Source: Schizochytrium sp. TIO01 (Eukaryota; Protista; Bigyra: Labyrinthulomycetes). Taken from it: a DNA stretch of 64,000 nt. A program made the translations under genes and the position numbers. The notes under the pieces were generated by a model. The model had not been told where the DNA came from. It searched no databases and saw nothing but the letters and a program-made list of their open reading frames with translations. The DNA is taken from the NCBI GenBank assembly GCA_004764695.1, contig SMSO01000031.1, positions 9,654,761 to 9,718,760 of the forward strand. The letters run 5' to 3'. Within the stretch, counting starts at the first letter, position 1. Each line of letters starts with the position of its first letter. Positions 20,246-32,644 of this stretch are shown here, in pieces.

Positions 20246-22374
20246 CTTAATGTTGGCGTTGCTCGCTAATTTCGACCCTACTTAAACTCGTAATATCAAT
20301 TACTGCAAACCAAGCACTTGTCCACAAGTGCTCTCACGTGAAATGCAAAAGCCCAGGTTTAACTGCTGATGACCGCGTCCTCTGACCTGACTTGTTAGTG
20401 GTATAAAGCAACGCAAGACTCGGCGCAAAGAGTTGTTCTTTCGCTTTTGTCCGTAGCAGCGATGGCCCCTCTTTGGAGTTGAGAGTACTAGGTAAGTCAA
20501 ACGACGGGCTAACGCTGCAGCGCCAATATTGCTTAAACCAGCGGGTTCCACGGCGAGGAAGGGCCCGCGTGAGTAGCGACGAGATCAGCCACAAGGCTAA
20601 CGCCAAGCTGCAAGCTGCGAGCTGCAACGAGGCCAGTAGTGACAGCGGCTCGCTCCCTGGCGAGCTCTCGTTTGTGATTTGATTTGGTATTTCATCTTGA
20701 GACGGAAGGAAGAATAAGAAAGAGTGCTGGTAGAAGAAGTGAGTAAATTTTAATTTTAAAAAAAAAAAAACGTTTCTTCATCAGAAAACTTCCTTTTCAG
20801 AAAATAATATTTGTTTTTTAAATTCAAAACAATCGTGAGTTTTATCTTCATTCCAACTTGAAGTCTTCTAGCATGATCTGCTTGCTCCCTGAAGGAATGA
20901 ATTCCTACGGATCTAGACGTCAGAATCCTGCCTTGTTGGGGCATTGCGTGCGGTATGAACTAAGAGTCAATTCTCATTTATATTAATAAATTCTAACATT
21001 TCGTCGAGTTTTGACCAACGATGCGTCGCTTCAAAAACATCGTTCTGTTCGGCTACAGTGAAAGGTTTTCACAATGAACGAAGAAAGCCTCCTCTCGGGG
21101 AATTATAGTTTTCAAAAGAAAACTACTTAGATGTTTGAAGAAAAAAAAACTTTAAAAAAAAAACTCTCTCTTACATATAACTAGAAATAGGAACTCAAAA
21201 GGAGGTGGTGATATTGCCTCTTTCCAAAGTAGGAAGGGATACGGTACTAACAGCGCGAAAATAGTGAAAAGTTCTTTTCTTTCTAAAGTTGGTTTATTAC
21301 ATAGCGCTATCTCTCTCTCTTTATATATATATTTATATTTATTTATCTATTTTAAAATTAAATAACGAAGTACATACTAAATAGTAGTACCTTGGAATGA
21401 ATGAAAACCAGGCTGGTGAATTTACTGACCGACTGATTTGTTTAGAAATTGAGGAAGGGCGGAGAAAGCACGTTCGCGCGATGCGAGCGGCTGGATTGTG
21501 AACAGCCTAGGCAGACCAGGAAGCGCCATGATGTTGTGGCATCCGCCTTACTCCGCGTATCGAACTGATAAGATATTCATTTTCATGCGAAGGTTTTTGG
21601 ATACCATCGATTTTATAATCCATACACAGGAACTATTTTTAATTTAAAATATAAAATATAGAATAATGTTTATATATTAAAAAAGAAAAAGAAAAAAGAA
21701 GGGGGAGTTTTAGTTTATTGTGGAGAACCTTTAATAGAACGAAAGAAAAGACGAAGATGGGCATCGAGAACAGAGAAACAACATCGATATGCCTGCCTCA
21801 AGCTGGCCGCAGCACGTTCTCTGCTCTCGCTGCTATTCCTCTATGTCGCCGACCACACCGTAAATTTGCCATCCAGAATAGAGAATGTGGAAACGAACCT
21901 GTAACTAATGGCTCCATTCACTTGTAAGCAAAAAAAAATACAATGAGGGAAGTTTAATGAGTAAAAAAAAAGAACGGAGAGGGGAACAATTGCTGTTCTC
22001 TCTTTTCATATTGGGTGTTTATTTTAAAAGGTTTTAGTTTAATGAGTTGTTTCTTTAATGTTTTTTATGCTACAAAGTTTTCTTCTTAGCCCCCCACACC
22101 TCTAACTTCGCAATTACTCATCAGAGTTCCCACAAAAGAACAGAGGGGCAGACAAAGAAGTGCAGTAGGATTTCGTCTCCTCGGAGCGCGGCGAAAAGGG
22201 AAAATGAATGGATTCCCACGAAAGAACTCTTCATTTGCTTCTTCTTCTAGAATACCATAGGTCGGTTCTAAACTGATCAGCAGCCTTTTTGAATGCTTCT
22301 CAGTTTCTGTGCTGTTTTGGGTATTTTATTTATTTGTCTGTTTGTTTTGGAAAAGAGAGTTGTTCCGTTTGTGC

Positions 22375-22446
22375 TTTTTTTCTTTTTCTTTTTCTTTTTC
22401 TTTTTGTTCTTCTTTTTGTTCTTCTTTTTGTTCTTCTTTGTTCTTG
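22375..22446 (+). repeat. Pyrimidine-rich low-complexity tandem repeat (TTTTTC hexamers then TTCTTCTTTTTG 12-mers)
   Basis: Seen directly in the sequence. Confidence 0.8.
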
Positions 22447-23505
22447 AAGAAAGCGGCGGCTTTGAAACACCGGCTCGGAAGAACAGAGCGTGAAATTAGA
22501 CTCGGATGGATAGAACCGACCTCGGCACGAATCCAAATAGCATAAATAAATAGGGATCGGAGTAATTCACAATGATCTATATTTCGCACGACCACGTACA
22601 TTGCCATCGGGCAGACTAGCAAATACCGTGCACCGGCAAGTAGATCAATGAACGAGTTTGGTCGCATCAAATTCGTGCTTCGGGTCGAGTTGATTTGCAC
22701 GGTTGAAATCACTCTTCATGAGCGCCTCTAAATTGGTACGCGCTACTCGCCTCTTTCAGAATAACAGTTGTTATTAAGTTGTTATGATAGTTGTAAAATT
22801 GCCAACCAGGCTTTGCGGATGGATATCCATTATTGCTATGCTGTTATCGAAGAAGAAGATCATGACCATGATCCAAACGTGCAGTCATGATAGAAGAATT
22901 AAATCTTTGTCAACCTGTAAGTAGAGGCCAAGCTTCGCCGGCATATGCTGCTGAGGCTCTTCAAAGATTCGGCAGGCGCCTAGCTAGACTCCCGAGGCAT
23001 GGTGAAAGCAAATGAGCACACCTCCAAAATAAAGGCCGAAAGAACACTGACCTTTGAAAGAACACCTCCTGCTGTTTAACTCCATAGCTTTAGTTTAAAT
23101 GAAAAACGTTTAAATGAAAACTAAAGAGAAAGCCCCCCTTAGAAAACCATCATATAGATGTTAACAACAGCTTTCCTATAAATATTTACTTACTTTAAAA
23201 GAATTGTTTTTTAATATATATAAGTAGTTCGTTCCCATCAGGGATGGCGATTCAGCCCCCTACGGCCGATCAGCCACGATACGTCAATTGAATATCTCGG
23301 GTGAGCGTCATGATTCGCTGCACTCGCTGCTGCTGAGGCTGGTGCCATAGCCACGACCCTCGGCCTCTTTTACCTCGAACCATCGCGAGCGAGCGAGGCT
23401 GCACGAGCAAGAAGCCCACGAGGACCACCAAAAATGGCAGCCATGTTTCACTCCCAAATTGGCACATTTCTCAATTCCTCTACTATACGAAAAAAATAAA
23501 ATAAC

Positions 23506-23506
<1 letters not shown>

Positions 23507-23539
<33 letters not shown>
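23507..23539 (+). repeat. (AAT)n microsatellite
   Basis: About 11 AAT units. Confidence 0.92.
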
Positions 23540-23543
<4 letters not shown>

Positions 23544-24124
23544 GGAAAACAAACATATATAAACACAGCTCAAGAAGAGGATGAGATTAGGAGAGGCATT
23601 CACTTCATTACACACACATTTCGTTCATTTTATCCGCGCATTTCTTATCTCCATTTCTTTCTTTCTCCGTCTTCTCGCAACAACTCTTCCCTCTTCGTCC
23701 GTTGAAAGCAACCACAAGCCTGTTCTGATCCCGCGCCACCTTAAAGCAGCATAGCATCTCCCCAAGCATGCATGCATGCATGCACGCACCATTCGGCTCT
23801 CCTCCCTCTCCTCGAGGATCTCAAAATGGATCACAACTATCGCAGCACACGAACAACCTCTCGAACACGGTGAGCGGCGCACATGTTCCCGAGACAACTT
23901 GAAGCAAACAATCGATATGGTGACACCAGCGCAACCGAACCCAAAGGTGCCGACGAACGAATGAAGAGACTCTGCGGTGCACTTGTGCTATGACCGCAGG
24001 CCTTGGCGTCAGACGTCAGAGTGGCCCACGCGCAGCTCTGGACGCAGACTCCGTCTAGGGCTCCTCGCCGCACCCGAGGCGCCGCACCAACCAGCAGCTA
24101 GCTATCGGCTCGAGAGATTGATAA

Positions 24125-24162
24125 ATAGATAGATAGATAGATAGATAGATAGATCGATAGAT
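24125..24162 (+). repeat. (GATA)n microsatellite
   Basis: atagatagatag... run seen directly. Confidence 0.92.
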
Positions 24163-24509
24163 ATTGGCATCGATCTCCATATGTGCCAACCCAAATAGAT
24201 CCGTTGCGCTGTGCGCCGCATGTAATGCGATAGAGGATGGATCCCGTGCCTGCTCCTGCTCGTGAAGCGAGTTCTGGGCGGGTCCACTGCATTGGTCCCG
24301 GGCGCCGGGGCTGAAGCTGCAGGCAGGATTCGGCCCCGCCAGTCACAGGCGGCGGCAGCTGTTAGGAGGGGGCGGAGTCCTGGAGTTGAGTCTTTCGACG
24401 GATCCTTGGTCACATATTATTGAGGCTGAGGCTGTGGCTGATTCCAAGTCCTCGCTCCTCCGAGCCCTGCGGAGCATTCGAAGAGGCCGAAAACAAACCG
24501 TCGTCGTGC

Positions 24510-24586
24510 CTGATCGCCTGATCGCTTGATCGCCTGATTGCATGACTGCTTGCCTGCCTGATTGCTTGCTTGCCTTGATTGCTTGA
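24510..24586 (+). repeat. Degenerate 8-mer/4-mer repeat (CTGATCGC, GCTT/GCCT)
   Basis: ctgatcgc-ctgatcgc-ttgatcgc-ctgattgc followed by gcttgcctgcctgattgcttgcttgcc. Confidence 0.75.
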
Positions 24587-26128
24587 TAGTGGCTCTGCTT
24601 TGCTTGTTGCGCTTCTGTGCGACAGAAAGATGATGAAGAAGTTGAAGAAGGAGGGCCACTCGAGCTCCTTGTCGACGTGAACTTGAAAGGCGGCGCATGT
24701 CGCGGCAACTCCTGCAACGGCTGCAGATTGCAGGCGCTTGGAGGGCCCGAAGAGCGCGATGTCCGTGGCGGTTTTGAGAGGCGGTCCGCTCATCGCTGAG
24801 GCTATCGGCCACAGCCAGATTGGCGACAAAACGATACTGATGCTTTGTGGCGTCCACGATGACCGCCCTCGTAGGCATCGTGGCCGCCGAGGTGGATCCT
24901 GCGATCGAGCACAGCTTCACTGTGCTGCGCGCTTCAAGTCCGCCGCAGGCCTCAGGTCCAAAGGGTTTGCAGTCTTCCAGGACGCAGGGCTCCGAGCATC
25001 GCAGCGTCTGACATGAGGCTGTCACGCACCGCAACGCGTACGCCGAGAGCGCCTGCACTTCCAGCGGGTCGAGGCTCGATGGAAGTCTCGTCTCCCCCCA
25101 CGGCTTCTTTCGCTCCTGTTTTGAGTTCGCTGATGGATCTGCAACAAGTCGAGGAGAAAGTGGTTCGTGGCGAAGGGTTGAGATTTTGAGATAGTCACGA
25201 TCGATGTACGTAGTAGGTACTTTTGTATTTATTTTCGTTTATTTGTGTTATTTTCTAACTCGGCAAGGGGGGAAAAAGAAAAAGAAAAAATAGACAAGAG
25301 CTTCTTCTTCTTCTTTTGTAAAGAAAGGTCAAGATGAAGACAAAGACGAGTTGCCATCAAACACTGGGACCTCTCTCCATGATGCTGGCTTGGTGAAGCC
25401 AGGTCGAACAAAAGGACCGGAGAGAATGAAGGCCGGTGCAAAGCTACGTCTACAAACCGTCATGGCCTCACACACTTGCCTACGTTTTAATTGTGATTCT
25501 TTACCAAAAAATATTTCATCATAAATGTTTATTTAAAAAACAAAAATAAACAAAATGACCTTCAATTTTGTAACCAATTTTTATTATTAACAATTTTTAA
25601 TTAAAGAAACGAGTCTTTCTCAAAAGAGGATAAAGTGATTTGCCTTTTCTGGCAACGACGTGTTGGTGCATTATGAGGTGCATGGGGAGTTCATGCTCGG
25701 TTCGGACAGTAATGTATAAGAAAGAGTTTGTGCGCGTGAGTTTTAGTCTGATAACTTGTACTAGTTTCATAACAATGGGTTAATTCGTTGATAATAGTAG
25801 TTTGTCGTGTCGCCATTTGATGCTCTGAATTGGCTGAATCCCTCCTGTTTATGCCGACTTGGATGTCATGCAACGCCACCATTGTGTTTGCTGTCCTGGC
25901 CTAATCCGAAAGCTGAAATCAGTTCTAGTTGACCAAATTCGCAGCAGCAAGTCAAGACAAACAAACCTTTTCATGACAGAGACGAAACCGGTACTGAACT
26001 CCAACTGGGGTTCGTCAATAACTAGTGCTTTACAAACAATCAAATGTGATATCGTAAGATCAGAACAGAAAAATAAGAAGAGCAAGAAGAACCAAAAAAA
26101 TGATTAGAAATTATCAAAAGCCTGGCCA

Positions 26129-27997
26129 TTAACGTCTAAAGGTAAGCAGGGTACGGAGTAAAGCCTTGTTACGTGGAGTGAGGCGGGTCTTGTTGAAAAA
26201 GTCTCCAGTTCGACGGATAGCATCTGCACGCGTGGGGTATGAATGAATGGTAGCGCCAATACCAGCGAGGCCGACCTTATTTTGCATAGCTACCGAAATC
26301 TCACCAATCATATCTCCTGCTGTATCGGACACAATCGTGGCACCGAGAATGGTGTCTTTACCCTTTGCGCAAATAACCTTTACAAATCCTTTGGTGTCAT
26401 CCTCTAGAATCGCGCGGTCGTTGTCTTCAAAGTCCAAGCGGTAGACATCATACTCCACATTCTCTTCGTCAAGCTGATGTTCGTATTTGCCGACATGCGC
26501 AACCTCGGGTTCCGTGTATGTCACCCATGGAATCAACAAATCGGAGAACTTATTGTTTCCAAAAAAGAGTGCGTTGCGAACAACCATGCGGGCGGAGAAG
26601 TCAGCTGCATGCGTAAATTGGTACGGAAGGCAGACGTCGCCCACAGCAAAGATATTCTTGTTAGAGGTCTCTAGACGATCATTCACCTCCACTCCACGCT
26701 GGTTGTAAACTACACCGGCCTCTTCAAGACCAAGCCCCTCAACATTAGGAACTCGACCAACTGAAATGAGAAGCTTATCGAGTTCCAGCGTTTCCTCTTC
26801 TCCACCGTCGCAAGCAAATGTAATTGCAACGCGATCGTCATCCAGGAGATCTACACGGTGAATATCAGCATTGAACTTAAATTTGACACCGTCTTCAACC
26901 ATTGAAGCCTGAACGATCTCCGCTGCCTCAGCATCCTCTCGGGGCAGGACTTTGGCAGAGCGGTCGATGAGGTAAACAGTGCTTCCAAAGCGAGCAAATG
27001 CCTGTGCCATCTCCACACCGATAGGCCCACCGCCAATGACACCTAAAACTGGCGGAAGCTCAGTGAGGTTGAAAAGAGACGCATTAGTCAGGTAGGGCAC
27101 ATTTTCGATACCAGGGATTGGCGGAACACGAGCCCGACCGCCCGTTGCAATCACAGCGCGAGCAAACTTGAGCTGCTTGCCATTGACCTCTACCGTGTCT
27201 TTGCTAATGAAACGGGCTTTTCCTTGGTATACATCCACACCAAGGTTCGTGAAACGCTCTGCAGAGTCAGCCGGCGCAATGTCTGCGCGCAGTGTCCGCA
27301 TCCGCTCCATAATCTTACCAAAGTTCACTGAGAAATCAGTTACCTCTATTCCAAATTTAGAAGCATTCCGAACTTCTTTAGCTGCTCGGGCGCATCGAAT
27401 GAGGGCCTTGCTAGGGACGCAGCCTACGTTCAAGCAATCACCACCGAGGACATGTTTTTCAATCAGTGCAACTTTGCCATTCACACCTGCCACGGAAGCC
27501 GCAGTAACAAGTCCTCCAGAGCCAGCACCAATGACCACCATATTATAACGTTTTTCTGGCTCAGGATTTGACCACTGTGCAGGCTTGCAGAGATCTAGGA
27601 GTCGAATATTGTGCTCGTCAAGAGGTTCAATGGGGACATCATCTTCAGCAAAGCCAATGTCATCTCCAACAGGACGCCCTCCCTCAAGACTCAGAGCTGC
27701 CCAACTTGCTCGAGCATGTCCACGATCTCTGTCAAGTGCTCTAAATCGGTAGAACAATTTGTCGTCCTGGAACTGATGGTCTTGGGTTACATGCTGCAAG
27801 AGGCCCTGCTCGAGCATTTGCTGGCACAATTCCACTGCATCTTCACGGCTTTCCACAACGCCTTCCTTGATCAGAAAGTCCACAGCGTCTGTACCCACGA
27901 AGCAGCTTTTGAATGTCTGCAAGTGGTAGGTGCGGTCCTTTGATTCCACATTCCGCTGTAGAAGGTCGCATAGACCGCTGAGGTCCGTGACATCCAT
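26129..27997 (-). CDS. N-terminal DEP domain fused to a class I pyridine nucleotide-disulfide oxidoreductase (MerA/LpdA-like)
   Basis: DEP motifs DRTYHLQTFKSCFVGTDAVDFL, EDAVELCQQMLEQGLLQHV, FQDDKLFYRF. FAD site VVIGAGSGG, redox disulfide GGDCLNVGCVPSK, ATGG, NAD(P) site VIGGGPIGVEMAQ, IFAVGDV, PWVTYTEPEVA, HSYPTRAD. First ATG is at 27997; 28063 is TTG. Confidence 0.92.
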   Translation of the reverse strand: MDVTDLSGLCDLLQRNVESKDRTYHLQTFKSCFVGTDAVDFLIKEGVVESREDAVELCQQMLEQGLLQHVTQDHQFQDDKLFYRFRALDRDRGHARASWAALSLEGGRPVGDDIGFAEDDVPIEPLDEHNIRLLDLCKPAQWSNPEPEKRYNMVVIGAGSGGLVTAASVAGVNGKVALIEKHVLGGDCLNVGCVPSKALIRCARAAKEVRNASKFGIEVTDFSVNFGKIMERMRTLRADIAPADSAERFTNLGVDVYQGKARFISKDTVEVNGKQLKFARAVIATGGRARVPPIPGIENVPYLTNASLFNLTELPPVLGVIGGGPIGVEMAQAFARFGSTVYLIDRSAKVLPREDAEAAEIVQASMVEDGVKFKFNADIHRVDLLDDDRVAITFACDGGEEETLELDKLLISVGRVPNVEGLGLEEAGVVYNQRGVEVNDRLETSNKNIFAVGDVCLPYQFTHAADFSARMVVRNALFFGNNKFSDLLIPWVTYTEPEVAHVGKYEHQLDEENVEYDVYRLDFEDNDRAILEDDTKGFVKVICAKGKDTILGATIVSDTAGDMIGEISVAMQNKVGLAGIGATIHSYPTRADAIRRTGDFFNKTRLTPRNKALLRTLLTFRR

Positions 27998-30900
27998 CTT
28001 CTCAAACAATTGCTTTCTCGAGATCCTGAACCCGGAGAGATACAAATGGAGTTTGCCTTCCAAGGTAAGTACTCAAGGCGTGAGATGACCAACCCTCTCG
28101 TAGAGCTTCTTCTTTTCCTTCTTCGTCTCTACGACGGTGGGTGGAGGCACTGCAGACCCAAAATCTGTTCGCGCCTGCCGAGGCTTGGAGGGAGGTTCTA
28201 TAATTGCTTGCTCAAGAAGTCCCAAAGATTGATCTGTCATTTTTTATAGTGTGTCACTATCAAGATTTTCATCACCCACCAATTCCTTGTCTGTTTTTAT
28301 ATATCCACCCATGAACATATAATTTCATAGTTGTGTTCTTGAATAGGAATAATTACAAAAATGGTGCACATGCCTGAAAGAACACGTTCTATATGTTCCA
28401 GAGCGCAGTGACTCCCACGCTGGGTAAGCAGCCATCAATACTGCTGACGCGACACAAGATGTTGGTAGGCGATTTCTAGGACGCCGACGACGTACAAGTT
28501 CCCTTAAGATGCGATGACTTCTGTTGGCATTGCCTCAGAAATTGTATAAAAATTCCTTTGAGAAGCTATCGATTGCTTTGGAGAAGAAGATACTTTCAAC
28601 GTCTTTTGCATTTTCCAAAGCTACGAGAAAAACGATGTGTTCTCTTTTCATTTTTTGTTTTGTCTGTATTTATAAAACTTTGTGGAAATCATCACCAATG
28701 GAATGAACAAAAAAACATCTCACATAGATCAAACTAAAACAAAATCTAACAGAATCGGCTTATAAACATTACTTGAGAGTGAATGAAGCCGTGTTACCGA
28801 CCCTAAAACATGGTTTGCCAACCCGTTCTTCATCATGCCATCATTTCAGAAGACAAGACGCTGTCTGTGAAGTGGTTGACTTTTCAGGCCCTCTTACTGT
28901 TACTATTTTTTCTCTCCTAATATTACAGCTAGCGGAAATTGTATGAAAAAACTCTGAAGAAATGATATGATGATGAACATATTCTTTTTCAGGGTGTGCG
29001 CAGAGGTAAAACAATGTAAAGGCGGAAAATTAGTTGTTGTCAATACTTTCCATAGCCCGTTTGCGTGCTTGAGGTAGTTTTGGTGATGCTTGCGCATAGC
29101 ATGTCAATGTCGCCTCTGTGGTTCATCCGGTCAAGTTTCCCTCCGCCATCAAAACCATCGAAAGCGCGCAATGACAGCACGAAACGAGCCAAGGAACAAT
29201 TCGCCAACTTCAAGTTTATACTCCTCCTCCAGTCATTATCAAATATGCATCCATGTTGCAAAATTGTGCGTTTCGCTATCTCTAGAGTTGAGAACGATGC
29301 CACTCTGTTAAGACAGACGTCCCTCAGAGGACCGAGTCCTTTCATCTATTTTGGACATCATTGATTCCACCTAAGCCTAGTTTCCACAGAACTCTTGTCT
29401 CACTGCGTAAACATTGAAAAGAACCCATCTTCCCTGTACTACCCCCAGGACGCCCTCAAACTGCTGACTCTGTTGCAACACTAAACCTTGAAAAGCTGAC
29501 GCCTCAGCGAGCTGATGGACCTCGGCTCTCGCCGACTCTGGCCCAAGCAGCCACCACCATTGAAATCGACGCGACGACCATCAACGAAGGAGATCAGAGC
29601 CTTCAATGTGACTGATGTCTCGAGGTTTTGCGGCGAAAACTTATCGAAGTGCTGCAATGCCTATTCATGTATAGGTATCACTATTATGACGCTGTGTTGG
29701 CTCCCCTTGACTTATGGAGGGAACAAGGAAGCAGAGATCGAATCAAAGCATTCGCCGATTCGGCATCGTTGAGGTTTGGTGAAGATGATGAGTTGATCAA
29801 CTCTAATGCGCACTGTCTTGTGGTCAGTATGGGCGTCGTGTATCCCGGCTTCATTGGCGGCAGCATTAGAGCTCAAGCCAAGTTTGGGATAATGACGAAG
29901 GCTGCCAACAGCGAAAGTCTACAGCGGACAGAGAGGATATGTAACAAGGGGACCATGTAGTTACTTCCTTTTTCACAGAACCTTTTGCTGACTTCTGAAA
30001 TCATCGTCATCATAAGACCCTCCTTGGCAAAGAGACCCGACCTGTAAGATGCCTCATAGGAGGCTAGTCCTCACAGCAAATGTGTTCTTAAAACAGAACA
30101 AATTAGCAGTTCCGAAGGACACGACTGGCTCATTTCAACTTTTCACGAATCATGCGCCCGCATACTTTATAAAGAAAAAAGATTTCATATTTTAAAGTTC
30201 TGCTCTTTGTTGACCTATCTATCCAATCATTTCTTTTCTTTTCTTTCGAAGTCCGTGTTGTATAAAATTATTTTGGCAACGCGGACCCAGATAACAGATT
30301 TTAAAACTTCATTCAACTTTGTTTATTATTAAAACTGTATGCTCGTACGGCGATATAGATTATTTGCAGCACTTTTATTTAATTTTATTTAACTTTAAAA
30401 AATAAGATAACAATACTAAGACTTCAATCTAGTTTTTTTTTTTTCAAAATTTTAAATATAAAAGAAACATTATTTTTTAATTTTAAGTAATAACTTAAAA
30501 TATATATAGAGAGAAAAGAAAATGAAAAAAATAGGCTAATCGAGGCTGAATTGCCCTTTCTTCGACACTATCTCGAAAACTCGAGTTGAATTCAGGATTC
30601 GACTGCAAAAGCTGGAGAAGGCAAATTCCTACTGAAGACACCCTAAGCAGAGGCCCCTCAGCATCGCAGTGCCTCATGTTTCGTTGCAGTCAAGCCGCCA
30701 CATCAGAACCGCCAGCACAGCAGCACGGGCTTTGAAGCAGCGGCGGCGAAATTGCGGACGCGGACTGTCGTTCTTTTATTTTGATTAGTATTGCGCTTCT
30801 TCGAGTGGTTCTGCGAGGATGTATTCTCGTTTTGATTAGTATTTTATTTATTTTCTTGGTTTCTTATTAGGTGATTAATTAGTCAGTACATATAAAAACT

Positions 30901-32644
30901 TTTGTAGCGGCATGAAATTACAGAGGACTTAATTGGCGTAGTTGGGCGCTCTGAGTTCTCATGGCAGAGAGGGTGGCATCGGCATCATGTTGCGATAAAT
31001 ATATCCACAGCCACACTGAAAAAAAAAATGATTACAAAGAAAGAAAAATATTTTTGAAGAACAGAAGTTTAGAAAAGAACAGAAAGCGCCGCAGAGCTTC
31101 AGGAGCTATCATAGTACGCACAGCTGAAGGAAATGACTTGGATGAAAAGCTGTCAAAAGCAGAGATAGATGCAGTACCTACCTGCGTTACCGTGGATGAG
31201 ATTACAGTAATCGTCGCCGAGGGCAGATATCGCATGGGATAACGACCACCTCTATTTGTATGTTCTACTTTGTGAACATCTTCGGCTGAAAGCTCTTCAA
31301 AAGCAGAGGGAAGGTTAGCGATCTACTAGAATGACTAAAAGTTGATAGTACTAGAGCAATATAGATACATTCTAAAACGCAGGCTGCACACGGACGCGAA
31401 TGGTGAAATAATGGAAAATAGCGCTCCAAGCTAGAACGGCGACAGATATAGATTAATGAAGTAGAGTGCAAGAGATGTCAGGTGATACGTCTATCCGGAT
31501 CTAAAAGAATTGGTACCCAGTCTTGTTTTGAGAATTATAACATGTCTTTAAAAATCAAGTCCGAGTCGTTTTTATATTATTTTTATTAATTCTGAAAGAA
31601 AAGTTTTTGAAAGACGAAAGAAGAAATAAAAACAAAATTAGGCTCTTTTGCTTTTCTACTAGGAAGAAAAGAGAACAGAGGTTCTCCAATCTTATAATTT
31701 CTTGATCATTGTGCAATAGACCGCATTTCAACCGTACCAGTGCATATAATCTCCTGCCAGTTTCCTCGATATGAAGTTGTATAGGGGCTTCCCCTAAAAC
31801 AAGAACTCTTCAGGTTTGCTAGGAGAGGTTCTAATACTTGAAGAAGTCCTCGTTTGAGCTTATGACAAAAGAAAAGACCTCGAAAAGAGAGAAGTTTCGC
31901 ATCGTTTGTTTGTTTCGAGGAGTCAGCAGCACAAGAGAACCCGCAAAGTCCGTAGACCAGGTCAATTACTATTACATTTAGAAATGATTCATTTTAGAAT
32001 TTTATTCGAAAAAATTAAAATGCTTTTCATTATTTTTACTATTATTATTAGTTTCAACTTTTTTAAAAGGGGGAAAGAACACAGAAGACAGAGACGATCA
32101 AACCCTAGGCAGCTCTAGGCAGGTGATAAATGAATAAATGTGGTGTCGTGTGATGAGCATCATTATTGTAAACCCCATTTACAATTTCGTGCGCGGGGCG
32201 AGGCTTGACGCTCCCCTACGGTTGGAGGTGGCCTCCGGGCTTGGAAAACCGCGACCCTGACAGTGGTACGACCTCGAAGAGTTCCTGCAGGTCTATGAGG
32301 CACTCAAGCGTCAGTTGGTAAAGTTTTGCAGTACTTCAAACTCGACTGGAGCATCGCAAGCTCTATTCACTATTAGCGGAGAGCTCATCTTTCGTACGAG
32401 TTCTACAAACTCTTCGCTGCATAGCCAAAAACACCTTTCATCTAGGCAAAGCCAAAGCCAATCGTTCGGTGCGCGGGGTACTTTTATTTGAGGCCTTGTG
32501 GCAAGAAGGTGGATCCCAAGAGTGTGTTGTGATTAGGCACACGAAGCTTAAAGGAGGCTGTGATAAGGTCTTTGCCCAAATCACTCGAGCAGTGGTTCAA
32601 AGTTTGGATTGCGACACCTACGCGGGCCTCGCCCTGCCTGGAAT

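Noticed and set aside
21560-21578. U2 snRNA-like words (TCTTATCAGTT on the minus strand here; AAGATCAAGTG near 63731)
   Set aside because: Isolated 11-mers without the adjacent GTAGTA branch-pairing sequence or the rest of U2.
22465-22545. Possible tRNA/SINE B-box (GGTTCTATCC on the minus strand)
   Set aside because: No cloverleaf or A-box could be built.
24417-25058. 213-aa minus-strand ORF
   Set aside because: Non-ATG start, runs through simple repeats, no domain, and is overlapped by similar ORFs in other frames, as expected for GC-rich non-coding DNA.
26129-27997. Calling the reductase merA or lpdA
   Set aside because: It lacks the C-terminal Cys-Cys and HMA domain of MerA and the HPTxxE His of LpdA.
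28900-29960. Short ORFs 29040-29345 (-, with a BC-box-like PLRDVCLNRV) and 29515-29960 (+)
   Set aside because: Short, no supportable domain and no consistent exon chain; at most pseudogene debris.
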